From Halieaceae bacterium (lineage in GTDB: Bacteria; Pseudomonadota; Gammaproteobacteria; Pseudomonadales; Halieaceae), in the NCBI GenBank assembly GCA_036350855.1, contig JAZBNW010000366.1:1-54732 (forward strand): a stretch of DNA of 54,732 bases, given 5' to 3'. A program made the position numbers and the translations under genes. Under the pieces are notes generated by a model. It did no database searches. It had not been told where the DNA came from and saw only the letters and a list, made by a program, of their open reading frames with translations. Shown in pieces: positions 38,087 through 46,365 of the stretch; within the stretch, counting starts at the first letter, position 1, and each line of letters starts with the position of its first letter.

Positions 38087-39025
38087 GTGACGAGGGCGAT
38101 TTCGCTGGCCGTTACCGCCTGGGCCCCGCGTTCCGGCTGGCGTGCACAGAGCCTGTGCCGCCAGGCGGAGGCGGCCCAGGCCATGGGTTTCCACTCCTTC
38201 TGGTTGCCGGAAAATCACTTCGGCGACCAGCGCTCGATCCCCTCACCACTGACTCTCCTGGCCGCCGTGGCCGCGCGCACGGACACGATCGGCCTCGGCT
38301 CCACCTCCTACCTGCTGCCGATCAGGCACCCGCTGCTGGCGGCCGAGGAAGTGGCGGTGCTCGATCAGCTGTCGAACGGCAGGGTGATCCTGGGCGTGGG
38401 TCGCGGTATCCAAAGCGCCGTGTTCGAGGCGTTCAATATCCCGCCCGGGGACAAGCGCAAACTGTTCCAGGCCAACCTGGCGCTCATGCTCGCCGCCTGG
38501 CGGGGGGAGCCGATAGCGCAGGATGCAGACGGCAAACCGGTATTCCTCGCGCCCCTGCCGGTACAACGCCCCCACCCCCCGATATGGGTTGCCGCGTTCG
38601 GTCCGCTGGCACTGCGGCAGGTGGCGAGCCTGGGCCTGCCTTATCTCGCCTCGCCGATCGAGCCCCTGGACGTGCTCGCACAGAACTACGACAACTACCA
38701 CCGCGCCTTGCACGACGCCGGCCAGCCCCCGGTGAGCACGATCCCGGTGATGCGCACGATCTTTGTCACCGACAGCCAGGGCCTGGCCGCGGACCTGCGC
38801 TCACGACTGCAGGGCGCTGTACCCGCGGCCATGCGAAAAGCCGACGTGGCCGTGGATGACTGGAGCATCATCGGGGATCGCAGCTACGTCAGGGACAAGC
38901 TCAGCGAGTATGTCGAGCGCCTCGGTATAAGCCACCTGATCGCCAGGGGGGGATTGCCGGGAGTGGACGACAGGGCCCAGCTGCAGAGCCATGAGGCCCT
39001 GATCTCCATCGCCTCGAGCCTGTGA
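38087..39025 (+). CDS. LLM-class flavin-dependent oxidoreductase
   Basis: 312 aa with a GTG start, which is uncertain. LLM pattern FHSFWLPENHF ... IGLGSTSYLLPIRHPLLAAEEVAVLDQLSNGRVILGVGRG. Confidence 0.75.
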   Translation: MTRAISLAVTAWAPRSGWRAQSLCRQAEAAQAMGFHSFWLPENHFGDQRSIPSPLTLLAAVAARTDTIGLGSTSYLLPIRHPLLAAEEVAVLDQLSNGRVILGVGRGIQSAVFEAFNIPPGDKRKLFQANLALMLAAWRGEPIAQDADGKPVFLAPLPVQRPHPPIWVAAFGPLALRQVASLGLPYLASPIEPLDVLAQNYDNYHRALHDAGQPPVSTIPVMRTIFVTDSQGLAADLRSRLQGAVPAAMRKADVAVDDWSIIGDRSYVRDKLSEYVERLGISHLIARGGLPGVDDRAQLQSHEALISIASSL

Positions 39026-39118
39026 TTCCATGGCGCAGGCCTTGTCTCCCATAGTGTTTTCATGGCGTTTGGCTACAATAGCGCCCTCTGATTCGACTGC
39101 CCGGAGGCAGATCCAGCG

Positions 39119-40333
39119 ATGACCCACCTGATGAAGTCCCAGAAACTGCACGGCGTACTCTATGATATTCGCGGCCCGGTGCTGGATCACGCCAATCGCC
39201 TGGAGGACGACGGCCACAAAATCCTCAAGCTGAATATCGGCAACCCCGGCGCCTTCGGCTTTGACGCCCCGGACGAGATTTATCGCGACGTCATCCACAA
39301 CCTGCGGGAGGCCCAGGGGTACTGCCACTCGAAGGGGCTGTTTGCGGCGCGCAAGGCGATTATGCAACGCTACCAGGTGGAGGGTGTCCGGGACGTCGAC
39401 GTGGAAGATATCATCCTCGGCAATGGCGTCAGCGAACTGATCGTGATGGCCATGCAGGCCCTGCTGAACACCGGCGACGAAATGCTCATACCCTCTCCGG
39501 ATTATCCCCTGTGGACCGCGGCAGTGTCCCTCAGCGGCGGCAGGCCGGTCCATTACCGTTGCGACGAGGCCAATGACTGGCAACCGGATCTCGACGACAT
39601 CGAGTCCAGGATCACAGCCAATACCCGGGGCATCGTGGTGATCAACCCCAACAATCCCACCGGGGCGGTGTACAGCCGTGAGACGCTGGAAAAAATAGTC
39701 GAGCTCGCCAGGCGTCACGGGCTGGTGATCTACGCCGATGAAATCTATGACCGCATCCTGTACGACGACGCGCAACACACGCCCCTGGCCGCACTGGCAA
39801 GCGACGTGCTTTGCGTTACCTTCAACGGCCTGTCGAAGACCTATCGGATGGCCGGTTTTCGATCCGGCTGGATGATGCTCAGCGGCGCCAAGGAGAGTGC
39901 CGGAAGTTATATCGAGGGGCTGGAGATGCTGGCCTCGATGCGCCTGTGCGCCAATGTGCCGGCCATGCTCGCCGTGCAGACCGCGCTGGGTGGCTACCAG
40001 AGTATCAATGACCTCATTTTACCGGGCGGCAGGTTGAAAGAGCAGCGCGACCTGGCCTACGAACTGATTACCGCCATCCCCGGCGTCAGCTGCGTCAAGC
40101 CGCGGGCGGCAATGTACCTGTTCCCCCGGCTGGACCCGGCCATGTACCCGATCGAGGACGACCAGCAAATGGTGCTCCGGCTTCTCAAGGAAGAGCACAT
40201 GCTGCTGGTCCAGGGCACCGCCTTCAACTGGGCGGACAAGCAGCACTTCAGGATGGTTTTCCTGCCGGACAGGGATCAACTGATAGAGGCGATCGGGCGC
40301 TTCAGCCGTTTCCTGGAGCGGCTGCGGGGCTGA
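39119..40333 (+). CDS. alaA: alanine (glutamate-pyruvate) aminotransferase AlaA
   Basis: 404 aa, near-colinear with E. coli AlaA as I recall it. Shared blocks include YDIRGPVL, LKLNIGNP..FGFDAP, GNGVSELI and SPDYPLWTAAVSLSGG. Also shared are INPNNPTGAVYS, FNGLSKTYR.AGFR and LASMRLCANVPA. Confidence 0.9.
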   Translation: MTHLMKSQKLHGVLYDIRGPVLDHANRLEDDGHKILKLNIGNPGAFGFDAPDEIYRDVIHNLREAQGYCHSKGLFAARKAIMQRYQVEGVRDVDVEDIILGNGVSELIVMAMQALLNTGDEMLIPSPDYPLWTAAVSLSGGRPVHYRCDEANDWQPDLDDIESRITANTRGIVVINPNNPTGAVYSRETLEKIVELARRHGLVIYADEIYDRILYDDAQHTPLAALASDVLCVTFNGLSKTYRMAGFRSGWMMLSGAKESAGSYIEGLEMLASMRLCANVPAMLAVQTALGGYQSINDLILPGGRLKEQRDLAYELITAIPGVSCVKPRAAMYLFPRLDPAMYPIEDDQQMVLRLLKEEHMLLVQGTAFNWADKQHFRMVFLPDRDQLIEAIGRFSRFLERLRG

Positions 40334-40414
40334 TTGGCCGATTTCCCGCCCTGGTGCGGGACACGATAGCGCCTATAATCGAATGAAGTCACTGTAATGC
40401 GAGGGATCAAATCG

Positions 40415-41197
40415 ATGTTGGAACACCTGTTCTCCATGCAAGGCAAGGTCTGTGTCGTTACCGGCGGCTCCCGCGGGCTGGGCGAGTTCATGGCCAAGGG
40501 TTTTCTGCAGGCCGGGGCCAGCCGCGTGTATATTACCGCCCGCAACGCCGAGGACTGCCAGGCAACCGCCGAACACCTGGCGCAGTATGGGGAGTGTATC
40601 GCCCTGCCCGGCAACCTCAGTTCAATGGACGAAATCAAGGCGCTGGCGGCGGAACTGTCGCGGCGCGAGCCGGCCATTCACGTGCTGGTCAACAACGCGG
40701 GCACCGGCTGGGGCGCCGAACTCGACACCTACCCGGAAAAGGGCTGGGACAAGGTCATGGACCTCAACGTAAAGACCCCGTTTTTCCTGACCCAGGCCAT
40801 GCTGCCGCTGCTGCGGGAGGGTGGCAGCGCCGACAGTACCGCCAGCGTGCTCAATATCGGCTCGATCGCGGGTATTATCGGCGACGGTTTCCTGAATTAC
40901 AGCTATGGTCCCAGCAAGGCGGCGATACACCAGTTGACCCGCAACCTGGCAAAGGACCTGGCGGAGGACCATATCAGGGTAAACGCGATTGCACCGGGTC
41001 GCTTCTTCTCCAGATTGACCGAGTACGCCAGCAGGGACAAGGCGGCCTATGACGCCGAAATCGAGATGATACCCCTGCATCGCTGGGGCGAGGAAAACGA
41101 TATCGCCGGGGTCGCCATCATGTTGTGCAGCAACGCCGGCGCGTTTATCACCGGCCAGATCATCCCGGTGGATGGCGGCACCACCCTGGTGTCATAG
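40415..41197 (+). CDS. SDR family oxidoreductase (RhlG/FabG-like)
   Basis: I chose ATG 40415 (MLEHLFSMQGKVCVVTGGSRGLG) with a GAGGGA RBS 9 nt upstream. TGxxxGxG and NNAG motifs and the YxxxK catalytic motif (YGPSKAA) are present. Confidence 0.85.
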   Translation: MLEHLFSMQGKVCVVTGGSRGLGEFMAKGFLQAGASRVYITARNAEDCQATAEHLAQYGECIALPGNLSSMDEIKALAAELSRREPAIHVLVNNAGTGWGAELDTYPEKGWDKVMDLNVKTPFFLTQAMLPLLREGGSADSTASVLNIGSIAGIIGDGFLNYSYGPSKAAIHQLTRNLAKDLAEDHIRVNAIAPGRFFSRLTEYASRDKAAYDAEIEMIPLHRWGEENDIAGVAIMLCSNAGAFITGQIIPVDGGTTLVS

Positions 41198-41214
41198 CCG
41201 CCAGGGCAGGGTGT

Positions 41215-41529
41215 TCAGCCGCGCGGAGGCATGCCATGAACCATGGTCAGAAACGCCAGTTTTGTGCCGGCCCTGCGATGTTCTGACAGGGCCTGGTACT
41301 CGGGATCTGCATACCAGTCCTGCGCTGACCGTTCAGAGGGAAAACGGAAGATAATCATCCTGCCCTCGCGGGGCGCATCACCTTCCAGGGTAAGCGGCTT
41401 GTCGTCATAGGTGATGAATTCACCACCATACTTTTTCAGTATGCCAAAAAAGCCTTTTTCGTAATTGCGATACGCGTCGGCGTCGGTGACAGCCAGATTC
41501 ACTACCATATACACGGGTACATCAGACAC
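41215..41529 (-). CDS. DUF1330 domain protein
   Basis: I chose GTG 41529, with an AGGAGA RBS 7 nt upstream. VYMVVNLAVTDADAYRNYEKGF ... MIIFRFPSERSAQDWYADPEYQAL is the typical DUF1330 dimeric alpha-beta-barrel pattern. Confidence 0.75.
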   Translation of the reverse strand: MSDVPVYMVVNLAVTDADAYRNYEKGFFGILKKYGGEFITYDDKPLTLEGDAPREGRMIIFRFPSERSAQDWYADPEYQALSEHRRAGTKLAFLTMVHGMPPRG

Positions 41530-41554
41530 TATTTTCTCCTTGCGCAGGGTTGAG

Positions 41555-42439
41555 TCAGTCCAGGGTATCCATCCAGCGGGAAACAGCCTGCCCGATTTCC
41601 CGGGGGGAGTCCTCCTGGACAAAGTGATTGCCTTTCACCGTGACCTCGGTCTGGTTGGGCCAGCTACGGCAAAACTCCCGGGGCCTGCCGGTCAAAATCG
41701 AACCGGGATCGGCGTTGATAAACAGCTTGGGCAATTGTTCATTGCGCGCAAGCCACTGCCCGTAGCCATCAACCAGTTCCACCATGTCGGCGGGCTCGCC
41801 GTCGATGGGTATCTGGCGCGGCCAGTTGAGTGTGGGCTGGCGGTCGTCGGGCGTTGCAAAGGGCGCCAGGTAGTGCCGCATTTCCTCCTCGCCCAGCTTG
41901 CGGATAATCGAGCTGGGTAGCACCGCCTCGACGAACATATTGCGTTGCAACACCAGTTCCTCCCCCTTGGGCGACCTGAAACCCTGGAAGATGCCGCGGG
42001 CCGCCTCGGGCCAGTCCTCCCAGGTGACCGGGCAGACGATGCCTTCCATATAGGCGATACCGCGCACCGCGTCCGGGTGTTGCTGCGCCCAGTAAAAACC
42101 CAGGGCGCTGCCCCAGTCGTGGACGACCAGGGTGACATTGCGGTCGGCGCCAATGGCAGCCAGCAGGCCGTCGAGGTAGTGATAGGCGGTAAGAAAGCTG
42201 TAGCGCCCGGGGCCGTCGCTGGCAGGCAGTTTTTCCGAATCACCCTGGCCGATCAGGTCCGGGGCGATCACCCGGCCCCGGCCCTCCAGTTCGGGTATCA
42301 CGTTGCGCCACAGGTAGGAGGACGTGGGGTTACCGTGCAGCAACACAATCGGCTCTCCCGCGCCCGCCTCGACATAGGCGATCTTTTTTCCGTCCACATC
42401 CTGGTACTGTTTTTCGTAGGGCATTTTCGCAGAAATCAT
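41555..42439 (-). CDS. haloalkane dehalogenase, HLD-II (DhaA/LinB-like)
   Basis: 294 aa with strong colinearity to DhaA. Shared blocks are LLHGNPTSSYLWRNVIP (halide-binding Asn) and VVHDWGSALGFYWA (nucleophile Asp plus Trp). MEGIV (Glu) and GNHFVQEDSP (His) are also shared. Confidence 0.85.
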   Translation of the reverse strand: MISAKMPYEKQYQDVDGKKIAYVEAGAGEPIVLLHGNPTSSYLWRNVIPELEGRGRVIAPDLIGQGDSEKLPASDGPGRYSFLTAYHYLDGLLAAIGADRNVTLVVHDWGSALGFYWAQQHPDAVRGIAYMEGIVCPVTWEDWPEAARGIFQGFRSPKGEELVLQRNMFVEAVLPSSIIRKLGEEEMRHYLAPFATPDDRQPTLNWPRQIPIDGEPADMVELVDGYGQWLARNEQLPKLFINADPGSILTGRPREFCRSWPNQTEVTVKGNHFVQEDSPREIGQAVSRWMDTLD

Positions 42440-42465
42440 ATGTTCTCCTCCCGATGGGGTATGGG

Positions 42466-43212
42466 TTAAATCTGGTCTACGATCGTTTTGCCGTTGCGGA
42501 AATACACGAAGGGCCCGGGCTCTTCCGGCTCGTGCCCGCGCTCGAGCCGCCGCTCGACCTCGGCCAGCACCATTCGGGTGATGCTGGGCAGTGCCAGTTC
42601 CCGGGCATCCGCCAGTGACACCCAGTGCAGGCGCAGCAACTCGCCGGAACCCTGGGGCGCCTCATGCACGTCACCCTGGATGAGATCGGCATCCGCCATG
42701 AAGAAACGCGCGTCGTAACGCCGGTTGCGATAGGGTGGCGTGATGGCCCGGGCCACCAGGTGCAGGCTGTCCAGCCGCGGATTGACGTCATACTGCAGGA
42801 AGTCGCGCCAGTGGGGCGAGCGGGTTTTCAGGGTTGGGGTATGGGGTTCGCCCAGCACCAGCCCGGTCTCCTCGTAAGTCTCGCGGATCGCCGCCATCGC
42901 CAGGGCTCTCGCACGGGTTTCGCTGCAGCTGCGGGTCAGCCGCGCCATCACCGCGGGGTGCAGGTCGTGGGGAGGCTGCAGCCGGTGGTCACCGGCATCC
43001 ACCTTGCCGCCGGGGAACACAAATTTGTTGGGCATGAACCTGTGCCCGGCAGCGCGCTGCCCCATCAGTAACCGGGGCCGCCTGCCGTCCCTGCGCACAA
43101 TAATCAGGCTTGCCGCGTCCCGGGGCCTGACCGCCCTGCCACCGGTGCGGTACTCGCTACCCGCTATATACTTCGGATCGTAGACTGGCTCAGCTGTCAT
43201 TAGTCCCGGCAC
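42466..43212 (-). CDS. NUDIX hydrolase family protein
   Basis: 248 aa. Nudix-box second half AAIRETYEETGLVLG lies after PGGKVDAGD, with an insertion between the two. The GTG start is 5 nt after the sulfatase stop. An alternative ATG sits at 43200. Confidence 0.7.
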   Translation of the reverse strand: MPGLMTAEPVYDPKYIAGSEYRTGGRAVRPRDAASLIIVRRDGRRPRLLMGQRAAGHRFMPNKFVFPGGKVDAGDHRLQPPHDLHPAVMARLTRSCSETRARALAMAAIRETYEETGLVLGEPHTPTLKTRSPHWRDFLQYDVNPRLDSLHLVARAITPPYRNRRYDARFFMADADLIQGDVHEAPQGSGELLRLHWVSLADARELALPSITRMVLAEVERRLERGHEPEEPGPFVYFRNGKTIVDQI

Positions 43213-43217
43213 CTGTG

Positions 43218-44894
43218 TCAGTTCGGCCAGTAAATATACTCATCGCCCTCTGCATAGGGCACCCCACCGGGCTTATCGATGAGTTGCGGACTCTGGATCA
43301 CGCTGGGCCACAGGGGCTTCGCCTGCCGGGCATTGTGTTCCGCCAGCAGTGCCTCCAGGGCCGCTACCTTCCCGGGCAATTGCGCTGCCAGGTTGGTCTG
43401 TTCCGTCGGGTCATCGGCGAGCTTGAACAGCCACTTCTTCTGGCCGCTGCCGACAGGCATGTCGGGCTGGTCGGACCGGATCAGCTTCCAGCCGTCATCG
43501 AGTACGCTCTGGTGGTAGCCCTCGCGCCAGAACAGGGTCCGGTGGGGGACACCAGTTGCCTCGCCGCGCACAAAGGGCAGCAGGTCGACGCCATCCAGCT
43601 TCCGGTCCGTCGGTACCGGTGCGGCCGCGGCGGCGGCGAAGGTCTGGAACAGGTCGAAGTGGTGAACGGGGTCGGACACCACCGAACCGGGCTCGATACG
43701 CTTTGGCCATTTCGCCATGAAGGGCACATGGATGCCGCCCTCGAAGTGGTTGAGCTTCCAGCCGCGATAGGGCTTGTTGATATCCGGCAGGCCGATATAG
43801 CCGGCGCCGCCGTTGTCGCTGGTAAATACGATCAGTGTATTGTCGCTGAGGCCGTTGTCCTCCAGCGCCTGGACAATGCGACCGACGCTGCGGTCCAGTG
43901 CGCGGATCATGCCCGCGTAGACCCGCAGGGCGTGGTTCTCGATATGCGGAAAAGCGTCGTAGTCTTCCCGGGTCGCCTGCAGCGGGTTGTGAATCCCCCA
44001 GTGGGCCAGGTACAGGAAGAAGGGGCGGTTGCGGTTGGCCTCTATCACCTTTATCGCTTCATCGGTGTAGTAGTCCGTCAGATAGCCGTCCGGCTCGAAG
44101 CGCTCGCCGCTGTTGAACTGGGCCGCATAGCGGGCCGTGGCCCAGACCATACGGTCGATACCCTCGTTTTCCTGCTTGGCATTGACCACGCCGGGATCAT
44201 TCTCCGGCAGGTAGAGGGTGCCCGCCAGGTTCAGGCTGTCGTCAAAGCCCTGGTCCTCCGGACGCATGCCTTCCAGCGAGCCAAGATGCCACTTGCCGAT
44301 ATGGGCGGTGTAATAGCCCCGGGGCTTCAACACCTCGGCAATGGTAATCTCCGACCCCGGCATGCCCAGCTCCTGGAATGGCGGCAGGGTCTTCGCAGTC
44401 GCGTGGTCGATAAACATCGGCAGCGGTGGCGGATCCAGGTCGCTCATCCACTGGAAGATCGTCGTGCCCACATTCATGAAGGGGGTAAATTCAAAGCCAA
44501 ACCGGGTCGAGTAGCGCCCGGTCATCAGGGATGCCCGGGACGGCGCACACACGGCGTTGGCGGCGTAGCCATCCTCGAACAGCACTCCCTGCCGGGCTAT
44601 GGCGTCGATATGGGGTGTCATGACGCTGCCATCCGCGGCCCCGCCGTTGTACAGGGAGATGTCGTTGAAGCCCATGTCATCGGCCAGGATGAAGACGATA
44701 TTGGGGGGACGCCGGTCCGGGGGCTGGCTGGCGGTGGCCGGACCCGCGGGCCATTCCACCGGGATGTTGGGCCCGATGGGTTTAAGCACCGCACTCACCA
44801 CGGGTATCCCCCAGACCAGCAGGTTGACCCTGTTCTGCCAGCCGATATAGGCGCCAACACCCAGCACAAGTATTACGACAATAAATTTTTTCAT
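43218..44894 (-). CDS. Cys-type (formylglycine) sulfatase with N-terminal membrane anchor/signal
   Basis: I re-set the start to ATG 44894 (MKKFIVVILVLGVGAYIGW). Sulfatase signature NIVFILADDMGFND ... CAPSRASLMTGR (C-x-P-x-R). Confidence 0.85.
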   Translation of the reverse strand: MKKFIVVILVLGVGAYIGWQNRVNLLVWGIPVVSAVLKPIGPNIPVEWPAGPATASQPPDRRPPNIVFILADDMGFNDISLYNGGAADGSVMTPHIDAIARQGVLFEDGYAANAVCAPSRASLMTGRYSTRFGFEFTPFMNVGTTIFQWMSDLDPPPLPMFIDHATAKTLPPFQELGMPGSEITIAEVLKPRGYYTAHIGKWHLGSLEGMRPEDQGFDDSLNLAGTLYLPENDPGVVNAKQENEGIDRMVWATARYAAQFNSGERFEPDGYLTDYYTDEAIKVIEANRNRPFFLYLAHWGIHNPLQATREDYDAFPHIENHALRVYAGMIRALDRSVGRIVQALEDNGLSDNTLIVFTSDNGGAGYIGLPDINKPYRGWKLNHFEGGIHVPFMAKWPKRIEPGSVVSDPVHHFDLFQTFAAAAAAPVPTDRKLDGVDLLPFVRGEATGVPHRTLFWREGYHQSVLDDGWKLIRSDQPDMPVGSGQKKWLFKLADDPTEQTNLAAQLPGKVAALEALLAEHNARQAKPLWPSVIQSPQLIDKPGGVPYAEGDEYIYWPN

Positions 44895-44954
44895 GCTCGC
44901 CTCAGCAGTCCTCGAACGCGGCATACGACACGACTACGGCCGGGGGATCGACAC

Positions 44955-46040
44955 TCACAGCAGCGATACCATCAGGCCGCGGTCGGGCGACACCCTGTTG
45001 TCCAGCAACTCGTTCCACGCCGACGCCAGGGCCTCGGGATCACGTATCCACTCCACCTGCAACGCTTCCCCGGCTGCTTTTGCGACCTCCGCACTGGCCA
45101 TCATCGCTTTCATCATCGCCACCCCCGGGCCCCACTCGGCGTCACGTTTGGCTATCTGCGCCGGTGCGAAAAAGAAGGTGGGTTTCGCTCCAGGCAGGGA
45201 GCCGGTGTCGCCGCGCTGCTCCCAGTGCGTCAGGCCCACCATGGCGCTTTCCACCATGTTTTCGCCCAGCAGCTTGTGGAGCGTGGTGGTCAGGCCGGCA
45301 TCCCCCGACATATCCACGTAAGCCGCCGGCAGCGCGGCGTCGATACTGGCCTCCTGGCCATAGACCACGACCTCGTCGCAACAACCCAGCCGCTCGACGA
45401 AGGCGACATTACCGGCCGAGGTGAGACCGACAATACGCTGCGTGACCTGCGGGTCCCGGTGGAGCATCCGGGCCAGGCCGAAACCGGTCTTGGAGGACAC
45501 CGACCCTATCAGCACCTGCTTTGCGCCGAAGAAGTCATTGTCCACAAGGTAGTCGTAGATCAACCAGGAGGTGGCGAACAGGGGAAACAGCAGACAGCGC
45601 TCCACTTCCATGGCCTGCAGGAAATCCGGTTCTGCCCGGGTGCGTCGGTAACCGTTATACAGCGCCGGCAGGGCCGCCCGGTGTCCGGCGACATCGATAA
45701 ACTGGTCCTCGCGAATCTTGCCGGGACGCAATACCGCGTGACTCGCCATGGGGAAGAAGCCCCAGAGCCGCTCACCCACCGGCACCTCGGCACACCGGGA
45801 TGCGACCACGTTGGCGCAACCCCACACCGGCACCTTGCCCCAGTTACCCCCTGCCGGGTAGTAACCCCAGTAGCCGATCATGTCGCCCGCGACAGCGTAA
45901 CTGACATTGTTCGAGGTCAGGCCGAAGCGGTCGATGGCGACCAGCACCTCACCCTCGTCCGGTGTCGGCACCTCGGTGCTGACGATCCGGGTACTTCTGT
46001 AGTCGCTGCGGTCTACCCACAGTTCAGTAGACTGGGTCAT
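44955..46040 (-). CDS. DUF2855-type protein (MDR/GroES-like N-terminus, function unknown)
   Basis: 361 aa. The N-terminal EGEVLVAIDRFGLTSNNVSYAVAGDMIGYWGYYP and the size match my recollection of DUF2855. The family name is from memory and unverified. Confidence 0.55.
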   Translation of the reverse strand: MTQSTELWVDRSDYRSTRIVSTEVPTPDEGEVLVAIDRFGLTSNNVSYAVAGDMIGYWGYYPAGGNWGKVPVWGCANVVASRCAEVPVGERLWGFFPMASHAVLRPGKIREDQFIDVAGHRAALPALYNGYRRTRAEPDFLQAMEVERCLLFPLFATSWLIYDYLVDNDFFGAKQVLIGSVSSKTGFGLARMLHRDPQVTQRIVGLTSAGNVAFVERLGCCDEVVVYGQEASIDAALPAAYVDMSGDAGLTTTLHKLLGENMVESAMVGLTHWEQRGDTGSLPGAKPTFFFAPAQIAKRDAEWGPGVAMMKAMMASAEVAKAAGEALQVEWIRDPEALASAWNELLDNRVSPDRGLMVSLL

Positions 46041-46162
46041 ATCTTTGCTCCTGCGTCGGGTGGCAAGCGCCCGGCGCTTTCAGTGAATCCCTGCCTGTGC
46101 CGATCTCCTGCGCTCGCTGCGGGGGCAGGCGGGCTGGAAATACTACCACCCCCGCCTGATAA

Positions 46163-46179
46163 TGGCACTTTATATGTCA
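46163..46179. promoter_or_regulatory. operator-like palindrome, site d: TGGCACTTTATATGTCA
   Basis: AT-flanked (GATAA...CTACA). It lies 123 nt from the DUF2855 operon start and 187 nt from the ACAD start. A possible -10 (TACAAT, 46181-46186) abuts it. Confidence 0.5.
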
Positions 46180-46365
46180 CTACAATGGGCCGCGGCATTG
46201 TGAGTATAGGACATGCCCGAACGTCCGTGACGCTGGCGTCGGTGCCAGAGGCCAGACGATGACAGTACCGGCATGCGCGAGCGCTTCCGTCCGGCGCGGG
46301 TGCAGAGACAATGAGACTGTACTATCCGGGGCAAGCTCGCTAGTCTTCCCCCTCCCCTTCAGGAG

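Noticed and set aside
24809-46179. Reading the TGGCAT-N5-ATGCCA sites as sigma-54 (-24 GG / -12 GC) promoters.
   Set aside because: Sites a and b do fit the GG-N10-GC spacing. Sites c and d each lose one invariant dinucleotide in either orientation (GT or GA for GG/GC). The elements are dyad-symmetric, and no enhancer-binding protein gene is nearby. Repressor operators seem more likely, but the sigma-54 option is not fully excluded; RpoN ChIP or 5'-RACE would settle it.
43215-46262. A 1015-aa plus-strand ORF opposite the sulfatase and DUF2855 genes.
   Set aside because: This is the same shadow-ORF signature. The opposite-strand genes carry unambiguous motifs such as CxPxR.
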